Below, one piece after another: positions 9,704 through 18,050 of a stretch of 64,000 bases of DNA. A model generated the notes under the pieces. That model was not told where the DNA came from and did no database searches. It saw only the letters and a program-made list of their open reading frames with translations. The DNA is from an uncultured delta proteobacterium (GTDB taxonomy: Bacteria > Desulfobacterota > Desulfomonilia > Desulfomonilales > Desulfomonilaceae). Numbering within the stretch: position 1 is the first letter of the stretch; every line of letters begins with the position of its first letter. Position numbers and translations under genes: made by a program. The stretch is taken from positions 160,001-224,000 of the forward strand of contig CAWBKB010000004.1 of the NCBI GenBank assembly GCA_963789265.1, read 5' to 3'.

Positions 9704-10513
9704 ATGAAGCTTGAAGGCAAAGTAGCCGTTGTTACAGGTGGAGCCCGAGGCAACGGCTTCGCCACAGCCAAACTGTTGGCTGAAGAAGGAGCGGATATAG
9801 TAATTGCCGATATCTGTGAGGATATGGCCACGATCCCTTATGCCATGTCCACCCCGGAAACGATGGCTGATGCGGTCGATGGCATAAAGCAATTGGATCG
9901 AAAAGCCGTTGGGATCAAGTGCGACGTGCGGAAATCTTCAGATGTTGAAGCAATGGTCCAACAAACTTTGGACACGTTCGGCAGAATCGACATACTGGTT
10001 AACAACGCCGGCAACTCCTCCATGATGGCGGTCGCGGACATGAGCGAGCAGGAATGGGACGAAGTTCTGGACACTCATCTCAAGGGAACTTTCCTGTGCT
10101 CCAAGTATATTGTCCCCAGGATGATAGAACAGCACAGCGGCAAGATCATCAACATCTCGTCAGTAGGCGGTCACCGTGGATTCGGATTGGGCGCTCACTA
10201 CTGCGCAGCGAAGCATGGGATCATTGGGCTGACGAAGTCGCTGGCTATGGAAGTGGCGGATCACAATATTAACGTAAACGCGGTGTGCCCGGGCACGGTT
10301 TGGACACCGATGATGCAGGGAGTAGCCTCATTTTTCGGCATGGAGGCTGAAGAGGCCAAGGAGCAGTTCCTGGCAGGGCATCTGTTCAAGGACCGCGAGA
10401 TCATGCCCGAAGATATAGGCCGAGCGGTGCTGTGGCTTGCAACCGATGATTCCAAATGCATCACCGGTCAATCCGTGCTCGTGGATGCCGGCTGGACCTG
10501 CCGGGCGCCATAG
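9704..10513 (+). CDS. Mycofactocin-coupled SDR family oxidoreductase
   Basis: TGGARGNG, NNAG and YCAAK. Carries the ADIC..IPYAMSTPET insertion typical of mycofactocin-dependent SDRs; adjacent to mftA. Confidence 0.85.
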   Translation: MKLEGKVAVVTGGARGNGFATAKLLAEEGADIVIADICEDMATIPYAMSTPETMADAVDGIKQLDRKAVGIKCDVRKSSDVEAMVQQTLDTFGRIDILVNNAGNSSMMAVADMSEQEWDEVLDTHLKGTFLCSKYIVPRMIEQHSGKIINISSVGGHRGFGLGAHYCAAKHGIIGLTKSLAMEVADHNINVNAVCPGTVWTPMMQGVASFFGMEAEEAKEQFLAGHLFKDREIMPEDIGRAVLWLATDDSKCITGQSVLVDAGWTCRAP

Positions 10514-10602
10514 CAGATGTTATTGCATTCCTGGCCGGCCTTGGCGCGGTCAGTTGGAGGTCGGGCTAAACTGACGTACAAAAATGAGGAGGCACGGGTC
10601 TT

Positions 10603-10728
10603 ATGGACACAGAAGTCGACAGAGAAGACGTACAGATTAACGATGTAGAATGTCATGAAGGGCCATCCGTTTTGGAAGAAATAACTATCGAAGAGATGGC
10701 TGTGGACGGAATCTGCGGGATTTATTAG
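10603..10728 (+). CDS. mftA: Mycofactocin precursor peptide, variant type (41 aa; not in the ORF track)
   Basis: RBS GAGGAGG. Translates as MDTEVDREDVQINDVECHEGPSVLEEITIEEMAVDGICGIY*, matching the canonical IDGMCGVY C-terminus; directly upstream of mftB-mftC. Confidence 0.93.
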   Translation: MDTEVDREDVQINDVECHEGPSVLEEITIEEMAVDGICGIY

Positions 10729-10793
10729 GTCACGCCCAGGTGTCTGGTTCCTTACTCAAATCGAGCTGGGAACCAGACGGAAGCATACGCACC

Positions 10794-11075
10794 ATGTCTT
10801 CTGATGCAGTCTACCGCTTAGCGGATGGCGTCCAAGTCCGACGAGAGAAATTTGGCCTTTTGTTTTACGACTACCGGGGACCAAGACTATATTTTGTGCC
10901 ATCGGGAGATCTAATGGAAGATCGGTTCTTTGACGGCGAACGGACCGCCCGGGAGTTGGCCGAATCCGTATGTGCAAAACATGATTGGCCGCGACGATTG
11001 ACCGTGGGCCGAGTGAACCGGATCCTCGAATTGCTCAAGATGAAAGGGCTTATCCATGAGCAATCGCTACGTTGA
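10794..11075 (+). CDS. mftB: Mycofactocin biosynthesis chaperone (RRE/PqqD-like)
   Basis: VQVRREKFGLLFYDY..RLYFV resembles MftB; lies between mftA and the radical SAM gene. Confidence 0.85.
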   Translation: MSSDAVYRLADGVQVRREKFGLLFYDYRGPRLYFVPSGDLMEDRFFDGERTARELAESVCAKHDWPRRLTVGRVNRILELLKMKGLIHEQSLR

Positions 11076-12087
11076 TACAGGTCTGTCGGCCCCGGTAAAC
11101 GTAACCTGGGAAGTTACGTATGCCTGCAATTTGTCCTGCGCCCATTGCCTCTCCGATTCAGGGGGACAGAGAAAGGGCGAGCTGACCACAGAGGAATGCC
11201 GCAGGATCATTGACGCCCTGTCGGCGAGCAGGGTTTTTCAGTTAAGTATAGGAGGGGGGGAGCCTTTTGTGCGCGATGACTTTCTCGATCTGATGGATCA
11301 TGCCCATGAAAAAGGCATAGTCACCTGTATCAGCACAAACGGCACCATGATTCATGAGGAGATCGCACGCAGGCTCGATCACAAGCTGGTTTACATTCAG
11401 GTCAGCCTCGAAGGAGCTAAACCAGCGTCCAACGACAGCATTCGAGGCGAGGGGAGTTTTCGCCGTGCCTTACGTGGCTTGGAATGCTTGAAGAATAGAG
11501 ACATAGAAGTCAGCATAAACACTGTCTTGACCAGGGTCAGTTTTCCCGAACTGGATGCCCTTGCTGCTTTGGCCGCTTCTCTCGGAGCCAAATTCCGCGT
11601 CTCGAGATTCCGACCGTCCGGCAGAGGCAAGAAGAGTTGGGCAAACCTGAACGTTTCCAGAAAACAAATGGTCGCTTTTTCCGATTGGTTGAGCGGTCAC
11701 ATGAATGTGTCTACAGGAGATTCCTTCTTTTCCGTAGCTCACGAAGATCGTAGATCTCTTGGTTTGAACATGTGCGGAGCATGCAAGCTGACATGTTGTG
11801 TCTCTCCGCTCGGCCAAGTGTACCCCTGCGCATTTCTCCAGGAAGAGGAATTTCTGGCCGGAAACTTGCCCCGGGATGCCTTTGCACCTATATGGACCGA
11901 CGCCGCGGTCTTTAAATCATTCCGAGAACTTGAAATAAGATCCTGCGAGAGTTGCGATCGATTCGACCTATGTCATGGCGGATGCCCCGCCATCGCTTAT
12001 CATACCCAAAAGAAGCTGGGACTTCCCGACCCGGGATGTCTTGCCAATTGCGTTTCCGTCAAATCGTCAATATCAAGTGTGGCTTAA
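11056..12087 (+). CDS. mftC: Mycofactocin radical SAM/SPASM maturase
   Basis: TWEVTYACNLSCAHCLS, GGGEP, ISTNG and SPASM cysteines LNMCGAC..CC..YPC..CESC..CHGGC. Confidence 0.92.
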   Translation: MSNRYVDTGLSAPVNVTWEVTYACNLSCAHCLSDSGGQRKGELTTEECRRIIDALSASRVFQLSIGGGEPFVRDDFLDLMDHAHEKGIVTCISTNGTMIHEEIARRLDHKLVYIQVSLEGAKPASNDSIRGEGSFRRALRGLECLKNRDIEVSINTVLTRVSFPELDALAALAASLGAKFRVSRFRPSGRGKKSWANLNVSRKQMVAFSDWLSGHMNVSTGDSFFSVAHEDRRSLGLNMCGACKLTCCVSPLGQVYPCAFLQEEEFLAGNLPRDAFAPIWTDAAVFKSFRELEIRSCESCDRFDLCHGGCPAIAYHTQKKLGLPDPGCLANCVSVKSSISSVA

Positions 12088-12088
12088 C

Positions 12089-13582
12089 ATGAATCCGCTC
12101 GCAAAGGCAGGCTTTTGTCTCAGTCCTGAAACCAGCCTGATTTCCGGACACGGTGGCGGAATTGTCTTCAGGCCAGGGCCGCTGAGAGCCCTGAGAGTGA
12201 ATGCGCCTGCCTTTGATTTGTTGCGGAAATGTGGCAACGGCCGATCTGTAGACGACCGGTGTTTGGACAAATCGGTACGGTTGGACTCAATGCTTAGCTT
12301 CTTCGACCGATTGTACCAAGCCGGCCTTTTGGAATGGAAGCCTCCCGAGGAAGGCTTTGAGCCCTCCGTCAGCGTTGTCGTAGCCGTGTACAATCGGGCG
12401 GGCGAAATCGGTTCGTGCATAGAATCGTTGATGAACCTGATTTACCCGCGCTTGAAATATGAAGTCATCGTTGTGGACGATGCTTCCGATGATGACACGA
12501 GTTCCGTGGTGTCGCGGTACGGCGTCAAGCTCATCAGATTGGAGCGAAATCAAGGTCAGTCCGCGGCTCGCAATGTTGGAGTAACCGAAGCCCGAGGAGA
12601 AATAATCGCTTTCATAGATAGCGATTGTATAGCCGAACCTGAATGGCTACGCGAACTAGTGCCATATTTTCAGGATTCGAGGAACGCTCTGGTGGGTGGC
12701 TACGTTGCGCCCTATTACCGAAATTCCGTGCTTGACCGATATGAAGAAGTCAAATCGCCTCTAAACATGGGCAAGGACATGCTTATCGGCACGGGTGAAG
12801 AATCAGACTTCTATGTTCCGACTTGCAACATGCTGGTGCGGAGAGATGTTTTCCTGCGGGTACGCGGATTCAACGAGAGCCTGCGAGTCGGCGAGGACGT
12901 GGATTTTTGCTGGAAACTCAAAGAAAATGGCTGCCGGCTGATTTACGCCCCATACGGAACCGTGAGGCACAAGCACCGAGGTCGGTTCGGTGAGGCCTTC
13001 AAACGCCGTTTCGATTACGGGACCTCGGAACCAGTTCTCTATTCCCGCCACAAAGCCATATTCAAGCTTTATCCGTGGCAACCGGCATGTATGGCCGTTT
13101 TTTTTCTCTGTGGATTGGGATTGCTGTCAGCACAGCCTTTGACTGGTCCAGCGGCAGCGGCTTGCTTCCTTTGGGACGTATTCTGCAAAAGTAGACGCTA
13201 CAGAAAGCGCATTGGAATAGCTGTTAAGTTCGGGGCCGTCCTGAGAGCCAGCGCGGTCCGTCACTTTGACCTTGCGTATCACCTTACCCATCACCTGGTT
13301 CGGTATCATCTGGTCCTGATGGCGCTGATTGCGTTTGTGCTGCCGTCGACCATTCCAGTGGTTGCAGCTATTGTGCTGCTTCCTGTGATTACCGAGTTTG
13401 TCAAGAAGAAACCTTGCCTCACTTTCCCTGTGTTCCTGGCCTTGTTTCTGACAGAGCAGGTCTCATACCAGGCAGGTGTGTTTTGTGGTTGCCTCAGACA
13501 AAAGAGCTTCCGGCCTTACAGACTTGTATTGGCTCGCGGTACCGGACACCGCAGGCTGGCATTCTCCACAAAATTGAATTAG
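12089..13582 (+). CDS. mftF: Mycofactocin glycosyltransferase (GT2 with C-terminal membrane segment)
   Basis: ATG 1 nt after the mftC stop. VVDDAS, AARN, FIDSDC, YVPTCNMLVRR, LRVGEDVDFCW and RRFDYGTSE. Confidence 0.88.
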   Translation: MNPLAKAGFCLSPETSLISGHGGGIVFRPGPLRALRVNAPAFDLLRKCGNGRSVDDRCLDKSVRLDSMLSFFDRLYQAGLLEWKPPEEGFEPSVSVVVAVYNRAGEIGSCIESLMNLIYPRLKYEVIVVDDASDDDTSSVVSRYGVKLIRLERNQGQSAARNVGVTEARGEIIAFIDSDCIAEPEWLRELVPYFQDSRNALVGGYVAPYYRNSVLDRYEEVKSPLNMGKDMLIGTGEESDFYVPTCNMLVRRDVFLRVRGFNESLRVGEDVDFCWKLKENGCRLIYAPYGTVRHKHRGRFGEAFKRRFDYGTSEPVLYSRHKAIFKLYPWQPACMAVFFLCGLGLLSAQPLTGPAAAACFLWDVFCKSRRYRKRIGIAVKFGAVLRASAVRHFDLAYHLTHHLVRYHLVLMALIAFVLPSTIPVVAAIVLLPVITEFVKKKPCLTFPVFLALFLTEQVSYQAGVFCGCLRQKSFRPYRLVLARGTGHRRLAFSTKLN

Positions 13583-13632
13583 CTAGGAAAAGTGAAAAAT
13601 TTGCCCGTGATTTCGAGGTGGCCGTTTTGAGA

Positions 13633-14460
13633 ATGAAACCAAAAGTAATTAGTGAAAAATTTGGCCGTCTTCAGGACATCCTGAAGGGAATGAAAAGCGT
13701 TTTGGTGGGTTTTTCCGGAGGCGTCGATAGCACATTGCTCCTCAAAGCCGCTAAGGGCGTTTTGGGTAACAAAGTCCTGGCTGTTACTGCTCAGTCTCAC
13801 ACTACAGCCGGCCATGAAAAGATCGATGCTGCCAGACTTGCTAAACTGGTGGGCGCGCCGCACTTGGCACTCGAATCCCGCGAGTTCGACCTTCCCGAGT
13901 TTGTTCGAAATTCTCCTGATAGGTGTTATATTTGCAAGAAAAGCCGATTTGGAGACCTCGTCAACCTGGCGAATAAAAAGGGATTGAGATCCGTCATTGA
14001 CGGGGAAAACATGGATGACGATGGAGACTATCGGCCGGGTGCACAGGCCGCCCGGGAATTGGGGGTTCGCAGTCCGCTCCGCGAGTCTGAGTTATCTAAA
14101 GATGAAATTCGTTTTCTTTCAAAGAAGCTGGGTCTTCCGACATGGGATAAACCTTCCTACGCGTGCCTGGCCTCGAGAATTCCTTACGGCACTCCTCTAA
14201 CAGCGGACAGACTCAGGCAGATCGATGCTGCCGAAGAACGCATTCGCGAGCTGATCCCCGGATGCCAGGCAAGGGTGCGACATTATGGGAAAACGGCCCG
14301 CATCGAGGTTGAGCCAAGAGCTTTGTCAAAGCTGATGCACATTGGAGTTCGTAGCCATATACTCAGTTATTTTCACCTGTTAGGGTTTGATTTCGTCACC
14401 CTTGACCTGGAGGGCTACCGCACAGGAAGCTTGAACCGGGAAATTCACAGCGGGAAGTAG
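13633..14460 (+). CDS. larE: ATP-dependent sulfur transferase for nickel-pincer nucleotide (NPN) biosynthesis
   Basis: PP-loop FSGGVDS, RCYICK, DYRPG and PSYACLASRIPYG. Confidence 0.92.
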   Translation: MKPKVISEKFGRLQDILKGMKSVLVGFSGGVDSTLLLKAAKGVLGNKVLAVTAQSHTTAGHEKIDAARLAKLVGAPHLALESREFDLPEFVRNSPDRCYICKKSRFGDLVNLANKKGLRSVIDGENMDDDGDYRPGAQAARELGVRSPLRESELSKDEIRFLSKKLGLPTWDKPSYACLASRIPYGTPLTADRLRQIDAAEERIRELIPGCQARVRHYGKTARIEVEPRALSKLMHIGVRSHILSYFHLLGFDFVTLDLEGYRTGSLNREIHSGK

Positions 14461-14464
14461 AAAG

Positions 14465-15289
14465 ATGGATGGCAAGCATATAAGAAATCTGCTCGAGGCA
14501 GTGCAGAGTGGGAACATGGAAGTCGATTTCGCCATGGAGCGGCTGAGGAAACTACCATTCGACGATTTGGGATACGCAAAGATCGACTACCATCGGTGCG
14601 TTCGACAAGGGGTTCCGGAGGTTATATTCTGCCAGGGAAAGACCATCGAGCAAATTCAAGGCATTGTGAAACAGATTGCCCGACACCACAGCAACATTCT
14701 GGCCTCGAGGGCGAGTCGCGAGGCTTATGAGGCTATTCGGGAGGTCGTTCACGAATGCCGATATCACGAGATGGCCCGAATGGTAGTTGTCAATCCTCGC
14801 GAAATTGAAAAAATTGGCAATATCGCTGTCGTCAGCGCGGGAACATCGGATATGCCTGTGGCCGAAGAGGCCGCAATTACGGCAGAAACGCTGGGGAATA
14901 GTGTAAAACGTATGTACGACGTGGGCGTCGCGGGGATCCACAGAGTGCTGCACTGCTGCGAGGAACTCTTTAAAGCCAATGTTGTAATTGTTGTGGCGGG
15001 CATGGAAGGCGCCCTTGCGAGCGTTGTAGGGGGGCTGGTTTCGAGCCCGGTCATCGGAGTTCCCACCAGCGTGGGTTACGGAGCGAGCTTCGGGGGCATA
15101 GCCGCCCTCCTCAGCATGCTGAATAGCTGTGCTTCCGGCGTGTCTGTGGTAAATATCGACAACGGATTCGGCGCAGGCTACCAGGCCAGTCTTATTAACA
15201 TGAGAGCCGCCAAGAGAAGCGGCAGCGAATCAGTCCACATGCCTGTTCACGAAGAGGACGGATCGTGCCTTACCGAGGTGTGCTGCTGA
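14465..15289 (+). CDS. larB: NaAD carboxylase/hydrolase for NPN biosynthesis
   Basis: GVPEVIFCQGKT, AGTSDMPVAEEA, VAGMEGAL, PTSVGYG, MLNSCASG and NIDNGFGA. Confidence 0.95.
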   Translation: MDGKHIRNLLEAVQSGNMEVDFAMERLRKLPFDDLGYAKIDYHRCVRQGVPEVIFCQGKTIEQIQGIVKQIARHHSNILASRASREAYEAIREVVHECRYHEMARMVVVNPREIEKIGNIAVVSAGTSDMPVAEEAAITAETLGNSVKRMYDVGVAGIHRVLHCCEELFKANVVIVVAGMEGALASVVGGLVSSPVIGVPTSVGYGASFGGIAALLSMLNSCASGVSVVNIDNGFGAGYQASLINMRAAKRSGSESVHMPVHEEDGSCLTEVCC

Positions 15290-15329
15290 CCGGAATTCTC
15301 CTTTCATAATGGCCTAAAAGGAATGGAAC

Positions 15330-16529
15330 ATGAAGATTGCGTACTTTGACTGCTTTGCCGGCGCCAGCGGCGACATGATACTGGGATCTCTCATCGACGC
15401 GGGCCTTAGCCTGGAACAACTCAGGAACGAACTGGCCAAGCTGCATCTCACCCATTATGACCTGGAGACAAAGAAAGTTACCAAGAGGGGGCTGGGCGGA
15501 AGCCAAGTTATCGTCAATATTGACGAAGATCACCATCACCATCAGCATAGACACCTTCATGACATCAAAAAGATCATACAAAACAGTGAATTGAACGAAT
15601 ACATCAAAAGGCGGAGCATCGAAATATTCACCAAATTGGCCGAAGCCGAAGCCAGGGTTCACAGGACCACCGTGGAAGAGATCCACTTTCACGAAGTAGG
15701 TGCCATGGATGCCATCATAGACGTGGTCGGGTCTGTAGCCGGCCTTTCAGCCTTAGGCGTGGAAAAGGTCAGTTGCTCGTCCCTGCATGTGGGAACCGGG
15801 ACGATCGAGTGCGCTCACGGGACTTTGCCTGTTCCAGCGCCGGCCACAGCAGAACTGATCAAAGGCAAACCCGTCTATTCCACCGGCGTAGTGGGAGAAC
15901 TTTTGACTCCCACCGGAGCTGCGATTCTCACTACTCTCGCCTCCGATTTCGGACCAATGCCGCTCATGAACGTGGAAAAGATTGGATATGGGGCGGGCAC
16001 ATCTGATCCGGCTATACCAAATCTCCTTCGCTTGATCGTAGGACAGTCATCTGTGGAAGTGCCGAATTATGACCTGGAGCGTGTGGCAGTAGCTGAAACC
16101 AATATAGACGACATGAACCCGCAGATATATGACTATCTGATGCAGAAGATGCTGGATATGGGGGCTCTTGATGTGTTTCTCGTTCCAATGCACATGAAAA
16201 AGAACCGGCCTGGCACTCTGGTGACGGTTATTTGCCATCCCGAGCGGATAAACGAGTTTGCCGGTTTCTTGATGCGGGAAACTACCACCATAGGGCTCAG
16301 ATGGCGCATTGACAACCGTATCAAAGCTCGAAGATCAATTCGAGAGGTTCAGACAAAGTATGGACCGGTCAAGGTCAAGGTTGCGGAAGTGAGTGGTGGC
16401 ACGCTAAACGCGACTCCGGAATATGAGGACTGTAAGCGTCTTGCACTGGAAAAAGAAATTCCCTTGAAGGAATTGATGGAGCACGCGAGAATGGCCGCGA
16501 CTGAAGCTTTTCTCACCGGTGTGAAATGA
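15330..16529 (+). CDS. larC: Nickel insertase (cyclometallase) for NPN biosynthesis, full-length
   Basis: DCFAGASGDM, His-rich HHHHQHRHLH, HFHEVGAMDAIID, ETNIDDM, MKKNRPG and PEYED. Confidence 0.95.
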   Translation: MKIAYFDCFAGASGDMILGSLIDAGLSLEQLRNELAKLHLTHYDLETKKVTKRGLGGSQVIVNIDEDHHHHQHRHLHDIKKIIQNSELNEYIKRRSIEIFTKLAEAEARVHRTTVEEIHFHEVGAMDAIIDVVGSVAGLSALGVEKVSCSSLHVGTGTIECAHGTLPVPAPATAELIKGKPVYSTGVVGELLTPTGAAILTTLASDFGPMPLMNVEKIGYGAGTSDPAIPNLLRLIVGQSSVEVPNYDLERVAVAETNIDDMNPQIYDYLMQKMLDMGALDVFLVPMHMKKNRPGTLVTVICHPERINEFAGFLMRETTTIGLRWRIDNRIKARRSIREVQTKYGPVKVKVAEVSGGTLNATPEYEDCKRLALEKEIPLKELMEHARMAATEAFLTGVK

Positions 16530-16609
16530 CGAGCGCGCACAAGCGGTATATTGCGGGGTTTGCCCCGCGCAATGTTCCTTCTCTCGACGTTATCTTAGAG
16601 CAGCCGTTG

Positions 16610-16820
16610 AGAAACTGTCTCAAAAACGATGAAGCGGTCGGAATCGTAGCACGAATCCCTCACCCTGTATCCCTGTCCCAGAGGGCGAGGGAAGTGCAAT
16701 ACTGCCCTGGATCTGCTCCCTCTCCCTCTGGGAGAGGGTTGGGGTGAGGGCGACGATTATACGAATGAGACTGAATAGTGGCACGATTCTGGTCATCAAA
16801 ATAATTTTGAGACACTTTCT
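16610..16820. mobile_element. MITE-like element (family B) with internal CCCTCACCC/GGGTGAGGG palindromes
   Basis: TIRs AGAAACTGTCTCAAAA (16610-25) / TTTTGAGACACTTTCT (16805-20), one mismatch. Confidence 0.6.
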
Positions 16821-16883
16821 TGATCCCCGCCCTGCGGTTCGGCGCGCGATCATGGCTCGGAAGTAAGTTGTAGGGTCGCACAC

Positions 16884-18047
16884 ATGTTCAAGGCAGGTAC
16901 AGTAGTATCCAGGGACCCGATTTCTAAATCGGCGGGAGAGCGCCTGGGAGAGGCTCTCCTGGAAAGGCTGGATGGTCACGCTCCTTCCCTTTGCTGGCTG
17001 TTCAGCACCCCGTCCCTAGAATTGAAGGAGATGGTGAGCGGAGTGGTCCATGCCGTGGGCAGCAGCCATCTATTGGGGTGTACGACTGATGCCGAAATAT
17101 CAACCGAAGGCTTGAGCACCGGCTCGGTGGTCCTCTGCGGCGTTGTCACCGATCAAATCCGGTTTCACTTAGCTTTGGCAAAAGGTCTGCGTCAGGACTC
17201 CGGGCGAGCCGGCAAGAGACTTGCCAAACAGTTTCCTTCAACCGTGCAGTACGTGCAAATTTTCTCGGATGGCCTGACAGGAAATGGTTGCGCGCTCTTG
17301 CGAGGTTTGAGTTCCGCCTTGGGACGACATGTTCCCATAGCCGGTGGCACTGCGGGCGACGCCGGAGCGTTTCAGACTACTTCACAGTTTCTCGGGACGA
17401 AGATGTTTTCAGACGCGGTGGTAGCCGTGGGTTTTGAAGGCGATTTTGCAGTTGGAATGGGTGTACGGAGCGGTTGGTCCCCTATCGGGATTGCAAAGAA
17501 AGTCACCAAAGCTTCCGGCAACATTGTTTATGAATTAAACGGACAACCCGCGCTTGAAGTGTACGAGCGTTTCCTGGGAAAGCACGCGGACAAACTGCCC
17601 GCGGTGGGAGTTGAATATCCCCTTGGTCTGGTTCACAAATTGGAAGGCACAACTGAAGAAGAGTACCATATCTTGCGGGCCACTATGGCGGTCAACCGCC
17701 AAGACGGATCCATAGCCTTCGCTGGAGAAATTCCTGAGGGCTCCATGGTGCGCCTTACTTGCGGCGATCATGCTTCCATACTTGAAGCTGCGGAACAGGC
17801 AGCTTCTATGGCGATTAATGAAATGGGAAACCGCACTCCTTTCCTAGCGTTCTTTTATTCGTGCATGGCCCGCAGAATCGTGCTGGGCCGACGCACAGAA
17901 GAAGAAATAGATAGGATTCGTTTGGCGGTTGGAGCGAGATTGCCTATCGTGGGATTTTACACTTATGGAGAATTTTGCCGGGTCGCATGCAACGGGCCTA
18001 ACCTGTTCCACAATGAAACGGCCTCGGTGTCAGTCATCGGATTGTGA
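16884..18047 (+). CDS. FIST (NosP-like) signal transduction protein
   Basis: GCTTDAEI, SDGLTGNG, GGTAGD, GW.PIG, SCMARR, GFYTYGE and HNET. Confidence 0.9.
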   Translation: MFKAGTVVSRDPISKSAGERLGEALLERLDGHAPSLCWLFSTPSLELKEMVSGVVHAVGSSHLLGCTTDAEISTEGLSTGSVVLCGVVTDQIRFHLALAKGLRQDSGRAGKRLAKQFPSTVQYVQIFSDGLTGNGCALLRGLSSALGRHVPIAGGTAGDAGAFQTTSQFLGTKMFSDAVVAVGFEGDFAVGMGVRSGWSPIGIAKKVTKASGNIVYELNGQPALEVYERFLGKHADKLPAVGVEYPLGLVHKLEGTTEEEYHILRATMAVNRQDGSIAFAGEIPEGSMVRLTCGDHASILEAAEQAASMAINEMGNRTPFLAFFYSCMARRIVLGRRTEEEIDRIRLAVGARLPIVGFYTYGEFCRVACNGPNLFHNETASVSVIGL

Positions 18048-18050
18048 ACC

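Noticed and set aside
11975..12088. ORF-track N-terminal extensions of mftF (also larE from 13414, Mo subunit from 33580, cobO from 63751)
   Set aside because: They overlap neighbouring genes or promoters; downstream ATGs fit homology, RBS or translational coupling better.
16779..16793. TGGCACGATTCTGGT as a sigma54 promoter for the FIST gene
   Set aside because: The -24 box is perfect but the -12 is GT, not GC, and it lies inside a MITE-like repeat.
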